Origin: Zancudomyces culisetae HAW-14-8
Lineage: Eukaryota; Fungi; Kickxellomycota
Length of the DNA: 64,000 nt
NCBI GenBank assembly: GCA_052426225.1
Contig: JBNJNM010000015.1
Coordinates: forward strand, 744,001-808,000
Direction of reading: 5' to 3'
Shown: one piece after another, positions 48,261-59,574 of the stretch
Layout: every line of letters starts with the position of its first letter
Position numbering within the stretch: position 1 is the stretch's first letter
Notes under the pieces: model-generated
Told to the model about the DNA's origin: nothing
The model's database searches: none
Seen by the model: the letters and a program-made list of their open reading frames with translations, nothing else
Program-made: the position numbers and the translations under genes

Positions 48261-50066
48261 TTATGTTTCTTCAGAGTTTAATACGTGTAGAGTCAAATTT
48301 TCTCTTGTTCTACGTGATAACTGATAGTATGTATCAAATATTCCTCTGCTTGTCCAAAATCCTTGGGTAATAACATCATCATATGTTGCACCTGATGAAG
48401 TAGCACGATTTGATCTAAGTGCTCTTGCTTTTGGTACTTTAGCGTTTGGCGGTAATGGTATAAGCGACATAAGTATGTTAATGTGCTTGCTGATACGCTG
48501 TGCTCCAATGTTAGTACTGTGGTCCATGAGACTCCTGATGAGATAGGATATTGAGTTTCCGTCGAGCAAAGGATGTGGTTTTACGCATGGTGTAACCGCA
48601 ATCCGCTTTTTGTAAACCTGATAAGTTTCAACCGGACATAGTTTTTTGTCAGAGTGTGCATGGATTATAGAAACTTTTTCAATTGGAGTTCCATTGCGTT
48701 TCTCCTTTGGTCCAACAATAATAAACTTGATGTATTCTCTTGTCACTGACGTCTTGCTGTCGTCAATCCTCTCAATGTCGCTTGGCCTGAGAAAGCCACA
48801 GATGGCTATGAGCCAGCATAGTTTTGCTGTCAAGTCATACTTTGACATTCTGGAGTTAGGCCCAAGTTTCCTGATGTGGTCAATGATTGGACCGATGTCG
48901 TAAAGCGGATTGTCAAAGGATCTGACGTTTGATGAAGATAGTTGTTTGAGATACTCTTTCATTAGTGGATCGTCACTGAAAGAAGCCCAATCACTGGTTA
49001 TGTCAAGAATGGCGGACTTGTAGTTCTTGACTGTTCCGAGTCTCCAGTTTAGCGCCTTCCGCTGCTGCTCCAGATAGTTGATAACGTCAACGACTGTTAA
49101 GTTTTCTATGGAGATTGAAGATGTAGAAAGCCACTGTAGGAACTTGGTCTTCGGGCTCAGATATTTCTTCTGCTTGGTCTTAACTCGAGTGTTGTCGAGC
49201 ATCAAATTGATGACCTGGTCATCTAATCCTGCTTCCTGATACCTTGCGCGCTTAACCGCCAAGCCGTAAGTGACCATGTCTTGTTGCGCATTGTCGCTGC
49301 TTTTCCGCTTCTCGGGTCTGGGATAACTGCTGACGGATGAATCTTGATTGGCGGTGCAATTGACAGGCTCTTCAGGTCCGGATACCACGGGGCTGATCTC
49401 CAGAACGGCGTGATCAGAGTCGCCGTGATTCTCTCCTGACGGATCTTCTGGATGGTACGCTGGATCAGATTCCACGGTGGGCACATGTATGGATTCTTCC
49501 ACACTGTCCAACTGTGGTTGAAGGCGTTGATCCTGACTGCTTGGGGGCAGTATTTCCAACTCACAAATGTGTTCAGTTTGTGATTGGTGCTGCTCGCAAA
49601 CATGTCGATATCGTGAGGACCAAAGTATTTTTGAATCCTTTGAAACACTCTTTCCGATATCGACCATTCGGTCTGCAAAGTAAGCCGGGATGGGGCGTCT
49701 GCCGGATTCACAATGGATGGTACGTACTGGACCTGTACCCTGGTCCCGTTGCTGATGCAGTATTTCCACATCAGTTCCGATATGTCTAGCAGGTTGGGTG
49801 ATCTGGTCCCTCCCTGTTTCTTGACATAGCTGATGGAGGTGTTGTTGTTGCAGTATACAACCACACTCCTGCCCTTTACCTGGGGCATCTTGATAGCCTT
49901 GTATATGGCTAGTAGCTCCTTGGCGTTGATCAGAAGCTTGGACTGTGCTTTGGTCCATATTCCTGAGTACTGGCTCTGACCAATAACTATCCCCCAATGG
50001 AAGTCGCTCGCGTCTGTGTAGACTTCCACTTCCGGAATCTCTGGGAGGAAGCTCAGGCCGTTCCAT
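48261..50066 (-). CDS. DIRS-B tyrosine recombinase ORF (N-terminal part overprints pol)
   Basis: GFLRPSD, GPKEKR, LCPV, PKARAL, GFW, DTYYQL all intact. Confidence 0.88.
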   Translation of the reverse strand: MERPELPPRDSGSGSLHRRERLPLGDSYWSEPVLRNMDQSTVQASDQRQGATSHIQGYQDAPGKGQECGCILQQQHLHQLCQETGRDQITQPARHIGTDVEILHQQRDQGTGPVRTIHCESGRRPIPAYFADRMVDIGKSVSKDSKILWSSRYRHVCEQHQSQTEHICELEILPPSSQDQRLQPQLDSVEESIHVPTVESDPAYHPEDPSGENHGDSDHAVLEISPVVSGPEEPVNCTANQDSSVSSYPRPEKRKSSDNAQQDMVTYGLAVKRARYQEAGLDDQVINLMLDNTRVKTKQKKYLSPKTKFLQWLSTSSISIENLTVVDVINYLEQQRKALNWRLGTVKNYKSAILDITSDWASFSDDPLMKEYLKQLSSSNVRSFDNPLYDIGPIIDHIRKLGPNSRMSKYDLTAKLCWLIAICGFLRPSDIERIDDSKTSVTREYIKFIIVGPKEKRNGTPIEKVSIIHAHSDKKLCPVETYQVYKKRIAVTPCVKPHPLLDGNSISYLIRSLMDHSTNIGAQRISKHINILMSLIPLPPNAKVPKARALRSNRATSSGATYDDVITQGFWTSRGIFDTYYQLSRRTRENLTLHVLNSEET

Positions 50067-51139
50067 TCATTCAGATGATCTCTCCACCAGATCAGGTTGT
50101 CTAGAGCTGGCTGATCCAAATGTACTTCTGTGCTCCAATCCTGCGTGGTCCGCAGGGTGGCATTCTTGAGCTCCAAAAGTCTCCTGCTCATGACCCTGCC
50201 TGGACGGAGAGCGATGTTCACTGCCTATGTCTTGCCAATGAAAGACGCTAAGCATCTCAGCGTCGTCTTCCCATTTCTGATCAGTTTGGATGCCTCTCGC
50301 GTGAGATCCCTGAGTTTCTGCTTGGGAATCCTGAAGCTCATTTGGCGGGTGTTGATGTCCATACCCAAATGGCTGATTGACTGCTTGGGGTTCATTGACG
50401 ACTTCTCGTTGTTTATAATGAACCCTAGCTTGGCTAGCTTGTTTGCAACCATCGCAGTGTACTTGGTACACTCGCTTTTGGTTGATCCCAAGACCAGCAA
50501 ATCGTCCAAGTAGCTCGAGATTCGGATCCCTCGAGCTCTGGCCCACTTGAGAACTGGCTTTAGTATTTTGGTGAATACTAGCGGGCTTAAGGACAGACCA
50601 AATGGCAGTACCCTGTACTGGTAGATGCGATGGCCCCACGTGAACCTGAGATATTTTCTTGACGCCTTGTTGATGAGCACGTGCAAGAAAGCATCGCTGA
50701 GATCGATGCTTGTCATCCAGTCGCCATTTCGCAACATTCGTGAAATGGTGTTGAGTGATTCCATCTTGAAATGCTGCTCGGAGATGTACTGGTTTAAAGG
50801 TCTCAGGTTGAGGACCATCCGTGTTCCTCCATTCTTCTTTGGGACGGTGAATGTTCTTGAGAAGAATCCTGGCTGCGCTGCTGAAACTTCCTCTATAGCT
50901 TTTTTGGAGAGGAGACTTGTAATCTCCTGCTCGACGACCTTTTCCGGAAGTTTCTTTAAGTCCTTCACGCACGGCTTTGGCTGCTTGACCGTGGGAGGAT
51001 GCGCATTGAAGGGGATTCGAAACCCTTCCTTGATCACCTGGAGTACCCACTGGTGATCGGTAAGCTTCTTCCATGCCTCCTGGAAGAGCTTCAGTTTGCC
51101 CTCTACTTTCGGGGTCTGATGCTGCTGCCACCCCGAAAA
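49223..51139 (-). pseudogene. DIRS-B pol (RT-RNase H-MT) with in-frame TAG at 50225-50227
   Basis: YLDD, YTDAS, DIDMFA, NPYMCPPW. GKT*AVN corresponds to GKTQAVN in DIRS-A. Confidence 0.92.
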
Positions 51140-51939
51140 TTATTCTTAGGAGCATTGAAACGGGGCTACCTCTACTCCTGGACCTGCTGTGGCTCTTGGA
51201 TCTGTGGTTGCTGGCCTTGCTGCATTCCCATGAGGCTTGGAAATGCTCTCTGACCGGTGTATCTGGGCCTGCGTGGCTGGTAGCTCTTGAGTGCCCTCTG
51301 GGCCGCTTGCTGGCTGGCCTTTGCTTCGACAATCTGGCTTGTGTCGACAAGGGACTTCTTGGTTTCTGGATAGAGTTGCGGCGTGTCGGTTTCAACACCC
51401 GCATCTCTGTATGCCTGATTGATTCTGCACTGGCTGAGGTGCGTTGCCGCATCAGCCAAGAGAATCCTGATTGAGTTGGCAAACTCAATAACCTTGAAGA
51501 CTGGCACTTGGCTGCCACCCTGAATGCACTCATGCACAAAGAAGTCAATCGGCCTGGTGATTGCCGATAACCTGTACTGTGCATCGTACATGGCGGCGTC
51601 GGTGCGTTTGGCAGAGCTGGACAACTTGAAATTGACCGCGGGAGGGTCATAGTCCATGGCGGAGTTTCTGGGGACGGCGGCAAAAAACTTCTTCCGATTG
51701 ATGTCGGACAGAGGGGACTTGAAGAAGTCTTCCGTAACGGTTGGAAGAGCTTCTTGGAGCTCTTTGTAAAGCTCCATGTCGGCGGGCTGTGGCCTTTCTG
51801 TGATATGAGAAACTGGCGGATCCATATCCACTGACTCTGAGACTGATGCTGCCTGTTGCTGTGAACCTGATTCCTCCAGAACAGTAAGTCTGTTGAGGAT
51901 TTCCTGAAGCATTTCTTGCGAAATGTTTGCATTATTCAT
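51103..51939 (-). pseudogene. DIRS-B gag-like ORF1 with two premature TAGs near its end
   Basis: 255-aa ORF. Reading through QE*R*PRF reaches NNFRGGSSIRPRK*, matching the DIRS-A gag end NFRFANSSKHRK*. Confidence 0.85.
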
Positions 51940-52413
51940 GATTGACTTTATTTATGTTTAAATATGTATATAAATGCTGGTTGTGTACCTAGCGAAAGAA
52001 AAGATGGTAAGGAACTCAAGAAAACTGGAAAAACAGACGGTTTATATACTTTTATTTTCATTTGGTTTTTGTTTTAAGAAAATTTTTTCATACTTTTAAC
52101 CCCTACATTTTCAAAGAAATTTTAGTACTGAATTCGAACTCTCTAGAATATTCTTGAGTTTTCAATTTCAGATTACGAAATTTCGAACATTTTGGAACAT
52201 TTGAAAAATGTTTTGGGGTTAAAGTATTTAGTAACTAGGAAAGATTTCGAAATTAAATAAAGATTTGGTAACACATAATTGTATCTGGCCAATGAAGCAT
52301 AATATATTATTCCTGTGTGTTTTAAACTAGTATATTAGTAATAACATTTATATATTAACATTGTGTTAATTAGTTAATACCATCTTTATTGTGTATAATA
52401 TTGGTATCTAACA

Positions 52414-52752
52414 CGAACCAACCTTAGATAGTAAAAGGGTATTAGTTAGCAAAATATTGCCGGATATTGATAGATCCTCTTGTTAATTTTTTTAGCCTTT
52501 GCATCTATATCCGAAATCAGCTAATCTTCCATAAATTTTTGATTAATTCCATAATAGTTAAAAGTGATTCCTAAGTATATGAAATTTGCTGCCATATCCA
52601 ACACAAAGTATAACCCATCAATGGCAGAAGGTTTTCCAATGCTGATGGCTACTGTTTTACCGCGATTAACCCTTGCATTAGATGCCTTGCAGTGCAACTC
52701 CAGTCCCATCTCAAGAATATCTGCATCATCCTTATCACTATACCTACTGATA
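52414..52752 (-). mobile_element. LINE-1 RT thumb region fragment
   Basis: ASNARVN..KT, FIYLGI, LLLSK motifs; cut at a TA by Tc1-a. Confidence 0.75.
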
Positions 52753-53661
52753 CAGTGAGTTTCACAATTGTCTCAAAATATTGTTAATATTTTATAAACG
52801 TAATATCTCGCTTAATAATTTTCAGAAAATATAAATTTTTTTTATTTTACAATGATATATAATATGTTAAATGAATGATTTGTAATATTATTATTATAAA
52901 ATATATATAGAAAATATTAATTGAAAAAATTTTAATAGTGAGACAATTTTGAAAATTTTACAATAAAAAATTTAAATTATCATAACTTTATGAATTTAAA
53001 TTAATTTTTTAAAACTTTTCTATATCAAAATATATAAAATTATTATACTAATCTAAAGTATAATAATTTAAAAAATGATATCTGAACAACGTAAACTGGA
53101 TATAATAAACGCGTTACTTGAAGGCAGAAGCATTGACCAAATCATTATATAACATGGAGTTAGTAAAGCAACAATATACAGAATAAAAGCAGCAATGAAT
53201 ATCAATTTACCGGCTAATAAACGCGGTTGTACAGAGAACTTTCACTCCAAAGCAAGCGAATATGTACTAGGATGATATTATCTGATGAGTATCGATCTGC
53301 TACTTCGGTACAATTGAAGTTAGAAATGGATTAGATGATGTGCTAGTAAGTCTACAATTTATTTGCTTTAAATGATTTAAAAGCTGTTGCAAATAAAAAA
53401 ACCTCCAAACCGAAACTGAGCCTTAAAAATATTGAAAAAAGGTTGTTATTCGCAAAATCTCATCGCCACTGGACTACTGATGATTGGAGGCAAGTAATTT
53501 GGTACGACAAAACTAAATCAACCGATTTGGATATAATGGAAATGAATGGACTTGGGTTCGTGAAGGTGTGAGTCTACAGCCGCACAAATTAACCAGACTG
53601 TAAAACACGATGGAAGGTCATTGATGATTTGGGGATGTATCACAGCATTTGGAATTGGCTA
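52753..53661 (+). mobile_element. Tc1-a: 5' half of a Tc1/mariner element, decayed transposase from 53075
   Basis: TA|CAGTG terminus; MISEQRK..HTH, HRHWTTDDWRQVIW.D and KHDGRSLMIWGC relics. Confidence 0.85.
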
Positions 53662-55265
53662 CAGTGACTCAAAAAATGTTCAAATGTTTTTGATGATCAT
53701 TTAAAAATTAGTTTATCTCACGAATACTATATCGTATCCCTATAAATTTTACAATTATTATACATCCATATACCATGTATAACCAATCAAATTTTTAGAT
53801 TTCTTGAACCAGCCAATCAACTGTAGTTATACTTTTTGTAATATATTATATTTGAATAATTTTTTTGCTTTAAATTAAAATTATTAATTTTGATGATATC
53901 TGAATCATAATGTTAGCTATCATTATAAAGTATATATGTTACTAGTTTTAATGCACAATATACTACTCAATACATTTTAATTAGAAATATAAATTTTTGT
54001 TCAATTAAAATACGATGAAAAAACTAAATTCTGAAAAAGTTTGGAGTGTTAAAATCTGCTGGATAATGGTTTCATATAGCCTAATTGCATCTAAACTATC
54101 CATAGTAAAGGAACAATATCTAACATAAAAATAAAGTATCGTCCATCAATAAAAAATTTAACACCTGGCAGCCCAAATAAATTGACAAAAGCTAATGAGC
54201 GATTAATAATTCGGAAAATTACGTCTGGACTATTTGATACTCCGACAGACGCTTCAAAATTTCTCAAGGATAATGGCCTCGTATCTGTGGTTCCTCAAAT
54301 AGTGCGGAATAGCTCGAAAAATTTAGGTATAAGTGCAAAACCTAAGGTCAAAAAACCTATGCTAAAATTAGGCCATATTTAACAACGACTTGCATTTGCT
54401 AATATAATCAGCATTGGACTGTAGAAATCTGGTAACGTGTGATATGATCTGATAAGAGGAAAATTAACAGATATGGATCAGATGGGCGCTTGTGGTGCTG
54501 GAAAAAACAAGGGAGCCAGTTAAAACCGAACCATGTTAAAAAAACTATATAACATGGTGGAGGTTCAATCATGTTATGGGGATGCATGACTTCAGAAGGC
54601 CCAGGATATCTTACTAAAATTGATTGCGGACTCTATGCAGAACTGTACTATGATATTCTTGAAGACGAACTGGTAAAATCAATGGAGTGGTACGACTTAG
54701 ACAGGGAAAGTACAATTTTTCAGCATGATAACGATCCAAAACACACCGCGAAAATTACTAAAGAATGGTTGCAAACTAACTCAATTCAGGTGCTTGACTG
54801 GCCAGCACAGTCACCTGACCTAAATCCAATTGAACATCTATGGGTCAATTTGAAAAGACGACTATCAAATCACGAAAATGCACCAAAAGGGATAAACGAA
54901 CTTTGGGACCGCGTACAAGACGAGTGGAATAAGATAACACGTGACTAGTGTATGTCGCTAATCAGTAGCATGCCATCAAGAATTAATGCAGTATTGAAAG
55001 CCAGGGGTGGATATACTAAATACTAGTTTAATTACGTTTATTTAATTTTATATTATTAGCAAAATAATTGTTCAAATAAAATATTCTTACAAATAGTATA
55101 ACTACAGTTGATTGGCTGGTTCAAGTATAATAAATTTTGATAGGTAATTCATGGTAAATTAATGTATAATAAATGTAATTTATATAGTGATACGATATAA
55201 TATTCGTGAGATAAACTAATTTTTAAATGATCATCAAAAACATTTGAACATTTTTTGAGTCACTG
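53662..55265 (+). mobile_element. Tc1-b: Tc1-family DD34E transposon with ~200-bp TIRs; transposase pseudogene 54015-55026
   Basis: TA|CAGTGACTCAAAAAATG...CATTTTTTGAGTCACTG|TA. FQHDNDPKH and SPDLNPIE are separated by 34 residues D to E. Several stops and frameshifts. Confidence 0.95.
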
Positions 55266-55267
55266 TA

Positions 55268-58200
55268 TATGTTATTTAAAATACCTCAAATTTACCAATA
55301 GTATAAAAGTAAACTTTAAATACTTCTTTGGAGGGGGATAATGTAACAGCCAATAATCTTACATCATACTACCCATAATTATATTATACATTTCTACTAG
55401 TTATTATCATTTGTATATGCTTTGTTGTAATTCTTTAATAATTACTATTTGTTTTAGCAATATTACATGTTCTGTGCCAAATATGTGCTGCAAAATATAT
55501 ATTTGTTTATAAAAATATTTGTCAGAAATACTCTTCCACTCAATATGAAAGATCTAAGTCTCATGGATTTAATTTTATTTTCCAATATAACTAGTAGAGT
55601 TCTTGGGTATAGTTGGTGTTAACAGCTTTGTTATTAAACCATATTCCCAAGTATTTGAAGTTTTCATTATCGGCGACTAATGAAACTTAGTGGAAATCTC
55701 TTGAGGATTCCCTAACTTTATAACAATTGATTTTTCGATATTCACTCGAGCATTAGATGCTTTGAAGTGAATATCAAGCCATTTCATTACTATGTTAATG
55801 TCATCACTATCTTTAATACCTATCGCAATGTCATCCGCATATGCTATTGTGTTAGAGTTAGCTCAAGGTAGTTTAATACCTGTTAGGTCTTTTTTCAAAC
55901 CTAGTAATAAATGCTCAATTACTAGGTTATACAACAGGGGTGATTGTGGATCACCCTGTCCCAGACCATTGTTGATTTGAATTTTATCCGTTAATACGGA
56001 GTTGACATTTACTCTAGTCGTAGCACCAGTGTAAATTGATTAAAGATATTGAATAAACTTGGGACCAATGCCAAAAGCATTCAAGCACTTAATCATATAA
56101 TCCCAGTCTACTCTATCATAGGCTTTTTCTTGATATAAAAGAATCAAGTGCTCATTATAATTGTCTGGGTCCAGTTGTTCAAAACCTAAAAGGTTATTAG
56201 TCACATGGATATTAACAAAGATGCAACGACCTTTGATAAACCCAGTTTGAGACTGGTTAATTAACTTACCTACTATATTCTGCAACCTAGAGGCAGAATT
56301 CTAGTTGAGATTTTCTCGTCACAATTAGATAAACTAATTGTACGATAGTTCTTATTCTGCCTCAGATCGCCGGTTTTGGGAATCAAAAAGATTATTGAAC
56401 CTCCCAGATGCTCATTATAGTTCTGGAGGGGAGAATTGAATAATTCATAAAGAATTATTGTAGTCTCTTTTTCATAGTGCTTGTAAAATTCGAAGGTCAA
56501 TCCATCAGTCCCAGGTGCTTTATTCCTGGAACATTTCTTGATTGTTTTTAAATTTACTCAATAGTTATTGAGCTATTTAGCACTCTGCCTCCAGACTAGT
56601 TAGCCTATTTTTATCCTATTTAGTAATATATCTTGACAATCCACCACTGTTGTTCCTTTGTTAAATAGTTTACTATAAAATTTATAAATATTACTTGGAA
56701 TATCATTATGATTATTAGAAGTCGAGTTAACCACAACAGCTATTATTTCAATTCATTTTCTCTTATCAAGATATTTAACTAATTAAAAAATTATTTGTGG
56801 CATTGCTCTCATTTATCGAAGTATTTGGCACTACTTCTATTATCATACCTCGACACTTATTTTCTAATTTTTTTTTTAGCTCATATTCCAGTGTATGGAT
56901 TTTATAAGTATTATTATAATCGTTACTCTTTAAACATTTTATTTTGGACTTAAGCAAATTTGCGATGTTTTTATACAATTTTTTGCCAAATTCAATAAAA
57001 TATTCTTTAAATATTAATTTAGCTTTAAACCATTCAAATAAAGTATCTAAGGAAAGATTAAAACTGTCCAAAATACCTTTGATAGATTTACAGGCCTTGT
57101 CATAATTTAAGTGACTTGAGTTAAGTTACCAATTGTCGTGGATCATTTTAGGAGAATCACAACTTATTGGATCCTTCCTGTAACAGACTTCAATATGTCG
57201 GTGGTCCGAAATGGCCCTACATCAATCTTGAAGTTGTGATAGAATTGTAAACTATAATTACCCACTAGGATTGTTAGAACTAGATATATTTTATTAATAA
57301 CTTGATTTAAGAAAAATATTAACTTTATTAAACTAAAGAGGATATTTTTCACTGACGATTTCCACAACGAAATCGTTGGGTTTATATACTTTTTCGTCAG
57401 CGAAAATTTCATGAAAAAAACCAAGGTCGCAAGACCTTGTTTATCGAAGAAAATATTTTTTCTTACTTCGATAAAAATTCAAGGAGTTTGACCCTTGATT
57501 AGTTTCATTATTTTCAATGTTGGGGTTTAGTTCAACATTGTGTTGATTTGGTTTATGTAAAATAAAAACAGTTACTAAAAATCGAATTGGTAATAAATTA
57601 ATTTCATGATTACCTAAATTAATTTAGTAACTTTACTAAAATGGAAATTCAACTTACTAATTTAATTAAACTAAAATAGAAATAAAATTAATTAAAAATA
57701 AATTATAGGACTACGTTCTATTCATAACAAGGATGTGGTCTATATTGACTTACTTTTTCCATCACCGCTTATAAAGGTATACTCCCTCCATATTCTTTAT
57801 TGTTAAATATATTTTGTAGATTTTTAAGATTACAATGTGATATGATATTATTAAGACTGTCGTACTCAGTAGACTTATTATTTGGAGGATTTCGGTCCAA
57901 AACATTGCTTATTATCATATTAAAGTCCCCCATCATTAAAATATTCATATTGAGTAAGATTTCATATTTTATTAATATTATCTCAAGGCAGTTAATAAAG
58001 TTTTGTCTTGAGTTTTTGGAGTCTGATGGGAAGTATAAATTAAAGTTATAAAACTCCTCATCGGTTTTGAGCTGTTTCAATCTGGCGAATATAACACGGC
58101 CGTCTATGAAAACATCACTCTCCAGTATTTTAAATTCATTATTATTTATTAAGATATCAGTTTGTAGTGCCCAAATGCAATCACCTCCCCATTGAGATGA

Positions 58201-59570
58201 CCAAAACTGCTCATCCTCAGGAACAAAATGTACTTTCTGAAGACAAATTATGTCTGAGTTAGACATAATATTAAAAACTTAAATGCTTCGGACCGTTTTT
58301 AAGGGCTCCGTATAGCCTTAATATTAAAAGTTAAAAATTTAATCATAGAAATTAAATGAAATCCTACCTTAACAATCCAAATTCATATTTGATGAATTAG
58401 ATTGTTTTTTCTTACCTGTTGCTGTAGGATTTGGTGATCCCACTGTACCTGGCACAGTCCTACTTCTCAACACCCTATCAGTAATAATTGGGTGTCCAGG
58501 AAATGCAATTTTTTGAGTATTATTACTCTTTGTCGCTTTTCCAGGTTTCTTTGAAGCCTGACTGGCTGGACCTTGATTGGCTAAATTATTTTCAGGTATA
58601 TCAACCTGATCCTGAGTCAATTGGGGAGTGGAATCTTGGGTGGCAGTAGGATCAGCGGTCCCAATTTCATCGACCACCATCCCGTTTCCCTCTGACTGTT
58701 TCTCCTCAATTTGAGGTTGCTCAACTGTAGGTTGATCAGAAGCAGTTGGGATCTCAGGACCATTCTCAATTTCCTTATTCTTTTTTTGCTCTTTCAGCTC
58801 TCGAGCAATAGCAAGTTCCGCTTCGATTGTTTTTTCAATCTCGGCATCCTTTGCTTTCTGAGACTGCTCTAGCTCCCTATTTATTTTTTTCTGAGCTTTG
58901 GAAAGATTGTTTTTAGATTTATCGCCTGTAATTAGTTTTCCTTTTTTATTTATGTTATTATATTAACTATTTTTATAATTTATTTTAGATTTATTTAGCT
59001 TTAACTCTGAGCAATCTGACTTCCAGTGTTCCAAGCTTGAGCAAAAGGTACAGATTTTTGAGCACCCTAGTAATACCATACGGTTTTTTTGCTCTTCGAT
59101 CACCAAGCAGTTTGAGATCTCGATATCTGCACTTTTCTGGACAAACAGGATCCTCATGTTGAATGGCACCACTCCAAAACAGTCAGTTGATTTCCAAGCA
59201 CCAATGTCTTTAATCTCACCTAGCGGTGCAAGAACTCTATTGGCTTCCTCAACGACCGCTTTAATGTGGGCCACCCTAAAGTCAGGGATGTGAATGAACG
59301 TAACTTTGTTATTTAGCTTATTACTGTAAAAATTTGATCATTTTCCCGGAATAATCAATCATACTTTTCAGCAAAAGATTTGCATCTTCAATGCTGTGAA
59401 AGGTGAAGTACGCAATTCCTGCGCCGTTATAATATACAGATTGAATAAGGTGTTACCAGGCGATTTGTGATGGTTCGGATTCCAGCTTCCTGGTCCATAA
59501 CAAGAATGAAAGGTGCATCATGATTAAAAAATCGGAACTTTATTTGCTTAGTCAAATTAGTCATCACCGT
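55268..59570 (-). mobile_element. LINE-2 (L1/Tx1-like), decayed: ORF1 ~59564-58369, ORF2 (APE endonuclease-RT) from 58346, 3'-truncated
   Basis: CCHC knuckle CTFCSSLEHWKSDC. APE motifs TFNI, DIICLQ, MGDFN. RT motifs APGTDG, YR.ISL.N.D.KI, QTGF..GR, EKAYDRV, QGDP.SP, AYADD, KYLG. Confidence 0.9.
57179..57729. mobile_element. LTR-like insertion within LINE-2 endonuclease region
   Basis: TGT...ACA ends. The minus-strand start TGTTATGAATA equals the start of the 42808 LTR. It interrupts ORF2 after IDHIL. No matching TSD. Confidence 0.45.
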
Positions 59571-59574
59571 TATT

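Larger units (their letters stand above)
47839..52303 (-). mobile_element. DIRS-B: second DIRS1-like element of a related family, opposite orientation
   Basis: ITRs 47839-48139 and 52003-52303, ICR 48171-48266, gag/pol/YR. Its right extension probably lies at 43177-43212. Confidence 0.93.
42808..52413. mobile_element. solo LTR (~480 bp) split into 42808-43176 and 52304-52413 by the DIRS insertions
   Basis: TGTTA...TAACA ends. Flanks CGACC / CGAAC give a 5-bp TSD with 1 mismatch. Removing it rejoins LINE-1 (LSKV-W-FGAQVI, with a 1-nt gap). Confidence 0.65.

Noticed and set aside
43213-52303. RT + tyrosine recombinase + methyltransferase as a novel retron/phage-like system
   Set aside because: This domain set with ITRs and ICR is the established DIRS1-like architecture
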